Of a stretch of DNA of 29,287 nucleotides, positions 10,135-17,766 are shown in pieces. This DNA is from a bacterium. GTDB lineage: Bacteria; UBP7; UBA6624. The notes beneath the pieces are model-generated. The model was not told where the DNA came from. It did no database searches and worked only from the letters and a program-made list of their open reading frames with translations. The stretch lies in assembly GCA_002716355.1 (NCBI GenBank), contig PBAU01000012.1:1-29287 (forward strand), written 5' to 3'. Each line of letters opens with the position of its first letter. Position 1 is the stretch's first letter. The translations under genes were made by a program, and so were the position numbers.

Positions 10135-10150
10135 AAGAAATATATTTCTT
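10135..10150. promoter_or_regulatory. Perfect 16-bp palindrome AAGAAATATATTTCTT in the divergent intergenic region (candidate operator)
   Basis: Verified base by base to be self-complementary. It lies between the divergently transcribed DUF971-HAD operon and the 1076-aa protein gene. Any function is purely inferred. Confidence 0.25.
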
Positions 10151-10204
10151 GGTTTTGAAATAGTAAATAATACCCCTAAATTTATTAACAATTTTCATTA
10201 TGAA

Positions 10205-13200
10205 ATGCGTTTTAAAATAAAAAAACATTTACATATTATTATTTTCTTATTGTTTGTACATCTTCTATTTGCGCAAACAAACTTTAGCCCGCAAATATTA
10301 TTGAATGTAGAAAAACAAAACAACACAAAACACCTTTTTTATGCTTTTGAAGACGCCACAATAACGCTTAATGAAATAACAAAAACCAATCAATGGCAAC
10401 AAATATGGCAATACAGTTTTTTAACCAATAAAAATATAGAATTAATTTCTGCTTGTTTAGGTGATATTTCAGGTAATGGAGAAAAAGAGCTGGTTGTTGT
10501 TACATATAGCTTTGGACTACACTCAGAAATATATATTTTTTTTACTGACAACAACATACCCAGAGGTACTCCAACAATCTATGAACTGCCAAATTTACAA
10601 AAAGGAACAAAACCAACACAAGCCAAGCTAGCCGCTTGGGACCAGGACAAAGATCAAGAAATTATTCTTAGCGTCAGTAGCCCTGAAAGAAAAATTTTGG
10701 TTTTAGATTATTCTATTAATGAGCTTAAAACAGTAGAAAATATAGCCCAAGAATTTATGTTAAATACTTATGGTCCTACACAAATTATTATTCAAGATAT
10801 AAATAAAGACAACAGAGATGATGTTGTTGTATTAAATAATAGTAACCAGCCAGCAATACACACAATTATTTCAAACCAAAGTTCTTTTGACACACCTATT
10901 AATATTAATGAAAAATTGCTTAGTTTTCAACTGGTGCCACAAAATAAAAACTACCAAGAAATAGGAATTAATCAATCAGGACAAATATTTTTTGTATTAG
11001 AAAACAAACCTATAAAAAACATAAATAAATTTGATAAAATTATTGGGGCAAACGAACAAAATATTTTCTTTTTAACGCAAGACAACAAGATTGTTCAAAC
11101 AACTATAAATGCAAACCAAGACCTTAACATTCTGCAAAGCCAACCATCTCCATTGCAATATAATAATATAACTCAACACATTAGCAGCCTTCAAAATACC
11201 CACATATTATTATCTAGTAAAAAAGAAAAAAAAGCAGCCATAATTAATATGCAAAACCCGCTTATAGTAAGAAGTCTTGACTTTATAAAAAACCAACCAA
11301 TAGTTCAAACAGAACCAAAAACCCTTCTTGAAGAAGAGGGTCCAGCGATAGAGAATCAAAGAATAGTTACACACGACACGCTGTATGTTAATGCAAACGA
11401 TACCTTAGAGATTCCAATTAATACAGAATTTAATATACACAGCGTAGAAACAATTGATAGGCCAGAGGGAATTCTTTTAGAGCCCAAACAATTAAAATTT
11501 ATTTGGAAGACGTCCCCTTCACAGATAGGAAAACATATTTTAAAATATAATATAACCTATAATATCGATACAAAGCTGGAAACGAGCCTAACAACCAATG
11601 AACAGCTAGCTTTAAATAGTATTGTTGAACAAACACAAGAACAACATCAACACATTATTTGGGTTAATGATAAACCAAAAATTTATTTTGAAACACACAG
11701 CGATACTATTCGTCCACCTAAGACAATAATGGTTGATTATACAATTGTCGATGAAATATTTAAACAAAAGCCCACATTAAAATTATTAGGTTCTAAACAA
11801 CCAACAATCCAAATTATTGATAATCAAGTGTACTGGGAACTCACAAAAAACAATGCAGGAGACAATAAACTATATTTTAGTACGCATGATGGAATGTCTG
11901 CAGATACGACCTCTATTGAAATTTATGTAGACACAACCTCTCAAACCATTGTTTATGACAATAAGCTAATTGCTACAGAAGGGAAAGAATTTATTTATAA
12001 ATTACCAACAACCCAACCAAATCAAACATATAATATTATACAAGGCCCAAGCAATTTAAGAATTTCTAAAGATGGACAGATTCACTGGATTCCAATTATG
12101 ACACAACTAGACCATAATGAGATTATTATAGAAACACTTACAGACAAATCTAGAGAAACACACACCCTGCACATTTATGTAAACTTTAATCCTTTAATTT
12201 CATACCGTCCAGCTATCAATGAACATATTGTACAAGGGGAACAGTTTCTACATAGGCTAGAAAGCTTTGACGCTAATATTAATCCTCAGCTAGAATGGAC
12301 AAGCGAGATTATTCTAAAAAACGATACGCTTAAAAATATTGTTAATAACGGAAATTTAGAAATTACTACAAGGGAGCTATTAGACAATCAACCTTATACA
12401 GTTTATTTAAAAGACCCATATGCTCAAGATGAGTTTAACGGCAACCTGTATATAAATGATATACCAAAAATTATTAGCCAGCCATCAGACTATTTATTAT
12501 TGGGTGATACATTGCGATATAATGTTGTTGCAATTGATGAAAATTTAGAAAAACCATTTTTTCCTACAGAACCCAACCAGTTAAAATACTTATTAATAGA
12601 GTTTCCTTCTGGAGCAAAAATAAACAAAACAGGTGAGATTTTTTGGATTCCATCTGCTCAACAAACAGGACAAAACAATTTTAATGTTCAGGTCTCTGAT
12701 TCTTTATCAACAACACAACAAAATTTTTCGATATTTGTTAATGACATTCCAAACATCATCAGCCAAGATAGTTTGAGCATTCAAATTGGAGACACCCTTT
12801 TACATTCATTTGGAGTAAAAGATCTCAACAATAATGACGATTTAATCTATAATATTAAAACAACAATTACTGAATTATTGTTTAATGGAAAAGAAGGAAA
12901 AATAACATGGGTCCCAACCATTGATGAAATAGGGCTACACACATTAGAAATTTCAGTTTCAGATGGATTTAATTTAAGCGAAGACACACAAAAACTAAAA
13001 ATATTTGTATATGATCTACCTCAACTATTAAATCCTCCACCACAAGAAGCCTTTATAAATATACCCTATATTTATTCACCTAAAGGGCAAGACATGTTTT
13101 TAGATTCATTATATAATGTGGATATATTTACTAACATTGTAGCTCTTGATTCTAGTTGGACAGGAAAACACAACAAACAAACGAATCATCTAAACTGGAT

Positions 13201-13435
13201 ACCAAAGACAACAGAAAATAAACAGCAAACTTTAACTGTTAGCATAACGGACAAATATGGTCACACCGCTCAAAATAAATTTAATGTTACTTTATTACAA
13301 AGCCCCTGCGAACAACAGGATTCTTTGCATTGTACAGAAACAGATACCATATATATTGAAAAACCAGGAGAAAAAGAAAAAAAAGAAAAAAAATACTGGA
13401 GACCTAAAACATTTTCACCGTTTACCAACGAATAA
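10205..13435 (+). CDS. Large secreted surface protein: signal peptide, FG-GAP/VCBS-like N-terminal region, about 7 tandem Ig/cadherin-like (He_PIG/dystroglycan-type) repeats, Cys pair and K/E-rich tail
   Basis: 1076 aa. The signal peptide is MRFKIKKHLHIIIFLLFVHLLFA/QT. Ca-loop-like FG-GAP motifs are GDISGNGEKELVVV, AWDQDKDQEIIL and QDINKDNRDDVVVL. Repeats of about 90 aa span aa 388-1031 (nt 11366-13297). They carry recurring G-x-I-x-W-[IV]-P-x(4-5)-G-x(8-10)-[VI]-[ST]-D cores: IFWIPSAQQTGQNNFNVQVSD, ITWVPTIDEIGLHTLEISVSD, IHWIPIMTQLDHNEIIIETLTD and LNWIPKTTENKQQTLTVSITD. The repeat boundaries are VNDIP / YINDIP / VYDLP. Confidence 0.8.
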   Translation: MRFKIKKHLHIIIFLLFVHLLFAQTNFSPQILLNVEKQNNTKHLFYAFEDATITLNEITKTNQWQQIWQYSFLTNKNIELISACLGDISGNGEKELVVVTYSFGLHSEIYIFFTDNNIPRGTPTIYELPNLQKGTKPTQAKLAAWDQDKDQEIILSVSSPERKILVLDYSINELKTVENIAQEFMLNTYGPTQIIIQDINKDNRDDVVVLNNSNQPAIHTIISNQSSFDTPININEKLLSFQLVPQNKNYQEIGINQSGQIFFVLENKPIKNINKFDKIIGANEQNIFFLTQDNKIVQTTINANQDLNILQSQPSPLQYNNITQHISSLQNTHILLSSKKEKKAAIINMQNPLIVRSLDFIKNQPIVQTEPKTLLEEEGPAIENQRIVTHDTLYVNANDTLEIPINTEFNIHSVETIDRPEGILLEPKQLKFIWKTSPSQIGKHILKYNITYNIDTKLETSLTTNEQLALNSIVEQTQEQHQHIIWVNDKPKIYFETHSDTIRPPKTIMVDYTIVDEIFKQKPTLKLLGSKQPTIQIIDNQVYWELTKNNAGDNKLYFSTHDGMSADTTSIEIYVDTTSQTIVYDNKLIATEGKEFIYKLPTTQPNQTYNIIQGPSNLRISKDGQIHWIPIMTQLDHNEIIIETLTDKSRETHTLHIYVNFNPLISYRPAINEHIVQGEQFLHRLESFDANINPQLEWTSEIILKNDTLKNIVNNGNLEITTRELLDNQPYTVYLKDPYAQDEFNGNLYINDIPKIISQPSDYLLLGDTLRYNVVAIDENLEKPFFPTEPNQLKYLLIEFPSGAKINKTGEIFWIPSAQQTGQNNFNVQVSDSLSTTQQNFSIFVNDIPNIISQDSLSIQIGDTLLHSFGVKDLNNNDDLIYNIKTTITELLFNGKEGKITWVPTIDEIGLHTLEISVSDGFNLSEDTQKLKIFVYDLPQLLNPPPQEAFINIPYIYSPKGQDMFLDSLYNVDIFTNIVALDSSWTGKHNKQTNHLNWIPKTTENKQQTLTVSITDKYGHTAQNKFNVTLLQSPCEQQDSLHCTETDTIYIEKPGEKEKKEKKYWRPKTFSPFTNE

Positions 13436-14479
13436 TAACGAATCAATTTTATTTTCCAAAACACTCTGATTAGAAATTTTGATATTAATATCAACCACTA
13501 ATAATTTAATTTGAAAAAGCCCTAGCTTATTATACAGCGGCCGAATTTTAATAAAATCTTTATATGTTGTTGTTATATATTTTAAGTTGTATCGATAACA
13601 CAAATTAAAAAAAAGCTTTAAATCTTTTATTGTATAATTATAATGATCAGGAAAACAAACAGACTCTTTAAATTGAAAAAATAGTTTGCTCGTTTTTAAA
13701 AAAGAATAAGGATCTCCAATTCCACAAACACCCAATACTATATAAAGCTGTTTATCTATTTTCAATTGCTCTAGTTTTTTTGTTTCTATATTATATATTA
13801 AAGCTTGAGAGTGAGTTTCAGAAGCGATATCAGGGCCCCTATAACAGCTTTGAGAGGCCATATATTCTTTAATTGGCAAGGTGCCGGACCCCTTTTTTAA
13901 TAGATTTGTTTTAGTAAACACCATCAAATCTGCCCTATTAATATTTTTAACAGGCTCTCTTAATTTTCCTAAAGGTAACAAATTAAAATCTTTTTGATTA
14001 TAAATAGAATTTACCAAAACAATATCCAAATCTCTTTTAATTCGCAAGGATTGAAAACCATCATCTAATATAATAATTTGAGGCTTAATTTTTTGGCTTA
14101 CATATTTTAGTGCTCTGACTTTGTTGTGATCAACAACAACAGATATATTTTTTAATTTTTTCGCCATCATATACGGTTCATCTCCGCATTGTTGCGGAGA
14201 TAAACCCTCAATTGTTGTATTGTTAATTTCTAATAAACCGCGAGTTTTTTTTCTGTATCCTCGACTGATAATAACATGTGAAATATTTTTTTTAGTTAAT
14301 AGCTTTGATAAAAAAATTGTCATAGGAGTTTTTCCTGTACCTCCAACAGTAATATTACCAATTGAAACAACAGGAATTTTTGATTTATATATTGATGCAG
14401 GGTTTAAAATAAAAAATAAATGCCAACCAAAAACAATAAAAGCATAGATCTTGCTTAAAATGTAATAAAAAAAAATCAT
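13415..14479 (-). CDS. lpxK: Tetraacyldisaccharide 4'-kinase
   Basis: 354 aa. It has a hydrophobic N-terminal helix followed by the P-loop VVSIGNITVGGTGKTP. It sits in an operon with lpxB. Confidence 0.9.
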   Translation of the reverse strand: MIFFYYILSKIYAFIVFGWHLFFILNPASIYKSKIPVVSIGNITVGGTGKTPMTIFLSKLLTKKNISHVIISRGYRKKTRGLLEINNTTIEGLSPQQCGDEPYMMAKKLKNISVVVDHNKVRALKYVSQKIKPQIIILDDGFQSLRIKRDLDIVLVNSIYNQKDFNLLPLGKLREPVKNINRADLMVFTKTNLLKKGSGTLPIKEYMASQSCYRGPDIASETHSQALIYNIETKKLEQLKIDKQLYIVLGVCGIGDPYSFLKTSKLFFQFKESVCFPDHYNYTIKDLKLFFNLCYRYNLKYITTTYKDFIKIRPLYNKLGLFQIKLLVVDINIKISNQSVLENKIDSLLFVGKR

Positions 14480-15129
14480 ATTGTTAATTTATGTTTTAAT
14501 GATTCGCTATTATGGTTAATAAAGTCGGAAACTTCTTTTGACTCTTCCTTTCTATTATGTGGTTTAATAAAAGGCTCGCTAAACTGTATATGAATAGTGC
14601 TAAAAAATTTTGGTATATGTGTTTTATCCCAAGAAGGTAAAGAATAATATTTTGTTGCAGCACCGCTAACAGCAATAATTTGAGCTTGTTTTTTTATTGC
14701 CAAAGATACAGACCCTTTTTTTGCAACTCCAGGAGGACCTTTTGGCCCATCATTTGTGATTGCAACAATAGAATTTTTATTGTTTAATATACGCATCATT
14801 GATTTTAAAACATTGCTCCAGCCCCTAGTGCTTGAGCCCTTAATTAATTTAAATCCCCATTTATATAAAATTGTTGCCATAATTTCAGAATCACGATGAG
14901 TGCTTGATATGGCCCAAACAGGAAGCTTTATTTTTTTAAAATAACGAGAAACTAAAACAAATTGATTATGCCAACAGCAAATCAAAATAGGCTTAGAACG
15001 ATTACGAGCTCTTTGTAGTTCTGAAACATTATGAACTTTCCATTTACAGGTTAAGAATATACAAAACAGCAAAAGCTGTACAAAGGGAACAAAAATAAAA
15101 CTAGGTAAGTTTTTAATTATTTTTTTCAT
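14476..15129 (-). CDS. DUF374 protein (lysophospholipid-acyltransferase-like, lipid A/Kdo-associated)
   Basis: 217 aa. It has an N-terminal TM segment and the motifs ILICCWHNQFVL, SSTHRDSEIMA, KGSSTRGW, ITNDGPKGPPGVAKKGSVSLA and LPSWDKTHIPKFFS, which match the DUF374 consensus. An ATGA overlap links it to lpxK. Confidence 0.8.
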   Translation of the reverse strand: MKKIIKNLPSFIFVPFVQLLLFCIFLTCKWKVHNVSELQRARNRSKPILICCWHNQFVLVSRYFKKIKLPVWAISSTHRDSEIMATILYKWGFKLIKGSSTRGWSNVLKSMMRILNNKNSIVAITNDGPKGPPGVAKKGSVSLAIKKQAQIIAVSGAATKYYSLPSWDKTHIPKFFSTIHIQFSEPFIKPHNRKEESKEVSDFINHNSESLKHKLTI

Positions 15130-16237
15130 TCAGAATAAATTCGGCTGTTTGTTCATAAGCAAGCCCAGAACCAAGCTGAGAACGAATATTTTTAAAAGCG
15201 CGTACCATATGATTTTGAACAAGAGGATCTAATAATAAATCAATGTTCTTAATTAAATTTTTAATATTATAGTTTGCTTGTAATAATTCAGTAACAATTA
15301 ATTTTTTTGCTAAAATATTAACCATAGACGCAAAAGGGCTTTTAACTAATTTTTTTGTTATTATCCATGAGAAATAAGACATTTTATAAATTGTAATAAA
15401 AGGAGTTAAAGACATTGCACACTCTAAGGTTGCTGTTCCAGAGGCAACGACAGCAAGGTCAATTGATTTAAAAGACTTTAAAATAGTATTAGAAGTAATA
15501 GTTACATTATTATGTAAATCAATTTGAGAAAAAGTTTGTTTCTGTATACCAGGGGCCTTATAAATAATAAATTCTATATTTTTATTTTCTATACCATAAT
15601 ATTGAATTAGCCGTTCAAAGACAGGCAGATGTTTGTTTATTTCTTGCATTCTACTTCCAGGACACAGAGCAATACGAACCTTGTGACCTAGGTTTGTTTT
15701 TTTTAAATCTTGGTTTTTGATTAAATCAAGAATTGGATGCCCAAAATATTGAACCTTGATTCCCCTTTTTTGATACCAAATTTTTTCAAACGGGAAAATA
15801 ACAATCATATAATCAATATAGTTTTTAATGGTTTGTAATCTTTTTTCTTTCCAGGCCCAAAGCTGAGGACTGATATAATAATAAATTGGAATATTGGTTA
15901 TTTGCTTAATTTTTTTAGCTAGTCGCATATTAAAACCAGGATAATCAATCAAAATAATTTTATCAGGCCTATTCTGTTTTATATGATGTAAAAGCTCTTT
16001 TTCTAATTTGAAGAAAAAAGACAAATTTTTTAAGACTTCCCAAAAACCCATAACAGATAAATTTTTTAAAGGATAAAAAGAATTTAATCCTGCTTTTTTT
16101 AAATATTTACCACCTAAACCGGTAAGGACAATTCTTTTTTCTTTTTTTTTGATTTCTTGAATAATATGAGCACCGTGAAAATCACCGGAGTCTTCTCCTG
16201 CGATAACAAACAAATTTAGTTTATTTTTTTTGTTCAT
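15113..16237 (-). CDS. lpxB: Lipid-A-disaccharide synthase
   Basis: About 374 aa. Motifs FVIAGEDSGDFHGA and YYISPQLWAWKEKR are present, with a GT19-type architecture. I prefer the ATG at 16237 over the TTG at 16240. Confidence 0.9.
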   Translation of the reverse strand: MNKKNKLNLFVIAGEDSGDFHGAHIIQEIKKKEKRIVLTGLGGKYLKKAGLNSFYPLKNLSVMGFWEVLKNLSFFFKLEKELLHHIKQNRPDKIILIDYPGFNMRLAKKIKQITNIPIYYYISPQLWAWKEKRLQTIKNYIDYMIVIFPFEKIWYQKRGIKVQYFGHPILDLIKNQDLKKTNLGHKVRIALCPGSRMQEINKHLPVFERLIQYYGIENKNIEFIIYKAPGIQKQTFSQIDLHNNVTITSNTILKSFKSIDLAVVASGTATLECAMSLTPFITIYKMSYFSWIITKKLVKSPFASMVNILAKKLIVTELLQANYNIKNLIKNIDLLLDPLVQNHMVRAFKNIRSQLGSGLAYEQTAEFILNEKNN

Positions 16238-17195
16238 CAATCTTTTTTTGAATTTGCAAAGCTATTTCAAGCGCTGTTTTTGCATCGTTTATATCTGAAA
16301 TTTTTGTTTTATTGTATAATATACTATTAGTAAAGACAAGAAGTTCCTCGAATAAAGCATTTGCGGGATTGACAGAGATGTTTTGTTTGCTGATAGTTCC
16401 ATTTTGATTATGAAAAAGAGATTTTTTATCATGAGAGCCCTTTTGATTGTCAATTTTATATTCTGTAATTGTTTGATTTTGCAAATCAAGAGAAGTATAT
16501 TTTTTATTTTCAAAAACTCTGATTTTTCTCATTGGGGTATCACTCATTCGACTTGCTGTAATATTTGCAACGCAACCATCTTGAAACTGCAATTGGGCAT
16601 TTGCTATATCATAACTGTCTGTTAAAACCTGGACACCGTGGGCTTTAATGCTGACAACAGCCTGTTGTTTGAAATATAAAACTAAATCAATATCATGAAT
16701 CATTAAATCTAGAATTACATCAATATCATTTCCTCTTTTATTAAAAGGCGTTAAGCGGTGTATTTCCATAAATTCTGGGTTGTTGTTTTTTTCCATATAT
16801 TTGATTACTGCAGGATTAAACCGCTCAATATGTCCAACTTGAATATAAAGCTGTTTGGTTTTAGCCAAATTAACTAACTCTACAGCATGGCTTAGTTTTG
16901 TTGTAATTGGCTTTTCGATAAAAACATGACAATTATTATCCATTGCTAGTTTTGCAATTTTATAATGGTGGCTGGCAGGCGTTGCAATGCATATAGCATC
17001 ACATTTTTTAACTAATTGTATTAAATCATCATATATTTTTAATGAATACTCCAAGCCTCTTTTTTTTAACATTGTTTGATTGTTATCATATATTCCAATA
17101 AGGTTCAAGCCAGGAATTTTAAGGGCTTGTTGAATGTGATAGTTTCCTATATGCCCAACACCAATAACACCATATGTAATTATAGTTGGTTTCAT
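16221..17195 (-). CDS. Gfo/Idh/MocA-family NAD(P)-dependent oxidoreductase (possible UDP-GlcNAc 3-dehydrogenase, GnnA-like)
   Basis: 324 aa. It has a Rossmann motif YGVIGVGHIGNYH, the EKP motif (VFIEKPI) and GHIERFNPAV. Its 3' end overlaps the lpxB start by 17 nt, placing it in the same operon. The GnnA role is inferred from context only. Confidence 0.85.
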   Translation of the reverse strand: MKPTIITYGVIGVGHIGNYHIQQALKIPGLNLIGIYDNNQTMLKKRGLEYSLKIYDDLIQLVKKCDAICIATPASHHYKIAKLAMDNNCHVFIEKPITTKLSHAVELVNLAKTKQLYIQVGHIERFNPAVIKYMEKNNNPEFMEIHRLTPFNKRGNDIDVILDLMIHDIDLVLYFKQQAVVSIKAHGVQVLTDSYDIANAQLQFQDGCVANITASRMSDTPMRKIRVFENKKYTSLDLQNQTITEYKIDNQKGSHDKKSLFHNQNGTISKQNISVNPANALFEELLVFTNSILYNKTKISDINDAKTALEIALQIQKKIDEQKK

Positions 17196-17262
17196 CTAAA
17201 TATTTTTTTAATTTTAAACATATGCTAATGTTAAAAGAATTATTCTATTATACTAAATAAAT

Positions 17263-17766
17263 ATGTTGCTTAATTTAATAAATAATCTCCATTGGGTTTC
17301 CTTAATTCTTGGAATTTGTATTTTTCCTTATATTGTTAATACATCTTTAGCCTTAGGAATTGTATGGTTAATTTTTATTTTGTACTTTTGGTTAACTGTT
17401 TCCATGCTTTGTAATGTTTATAGATTGGATCATTTTTTATTTAGCGTGTGTAGTATAGGTATATTAATTGCTATTTCAATATTTTTTATACACGGCATTG
17501 AAGAAGTCCCCCTCCCTGTGGGAGCAATTATTTTTAAAGCAGAAGGCATAGCGCAGTCTCTATTGGTCTTTTTTGTGTTTACGGTTCCTTTAATAATCTA
17601 TAAACACCAAAATACTATATTTGAATCATCATATAATCAAAACAAACAAGAATCTAATAGTAAATCTGACAGCGTAAAATTTACGGAACCAACTACCAAT
17701 GAAGAATGGGAAGAAGCAACTATTGAGGATCTTCAGTCTGGTGATTTTGAGTTTTCTGATAAGTAA
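17263..17766 (+). CDS. Hypothetical integral membrane protein (about 4 TM segments) with an acidic C-terminal tail
   Basis: 167 aa. No competing ORF covers 17263-17719. There are four hydrophobic stretches followed by a polar/acidic tail (NEEWEEATIEDLQSGDFEFSDK). No family recognised. F/L/I-rich ORFs can arise spuriously in AT-rich DNA. Confidence 0.5.
   Translation: MLLNLINNLHWVSLILGICIFPYIVNTSLALGIVWLIFILYFWLTVSMLCNVYRLDHFLFSVCSIGILIAISIFFIHGIEEVPLPVGAIIFKAEGIAQSLLVFFVFTVPLIIYKHQNTIFESSYNQNKQESNSKSDSVKFTEPTTNEEWEEATIEDLQSGDFEFSDK

Noticed and set aside
13257-13494. Two A8 tracts (13377-13384, 13386-13393) near the end of the 1076-aa ORF, plus overlapping 70/74-aa ORFs: possible slipped-strand phase variation
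   Set aside because: A frameshift here would alter only the last 20 or so residues, leaving the repeat body intact. A-runs of this length are frequent throughout this AT-rich window. The small ORFs are out-of-frame shadows of the large gene and of lpxK.
16289-16625. 74-aa (-) and 80-aa (+) ORFs within the Gfo/Idh/MocA gene
   Set aside because: They are out-of-frame or antisense shadows of a confidently recognised oxidoreductase.
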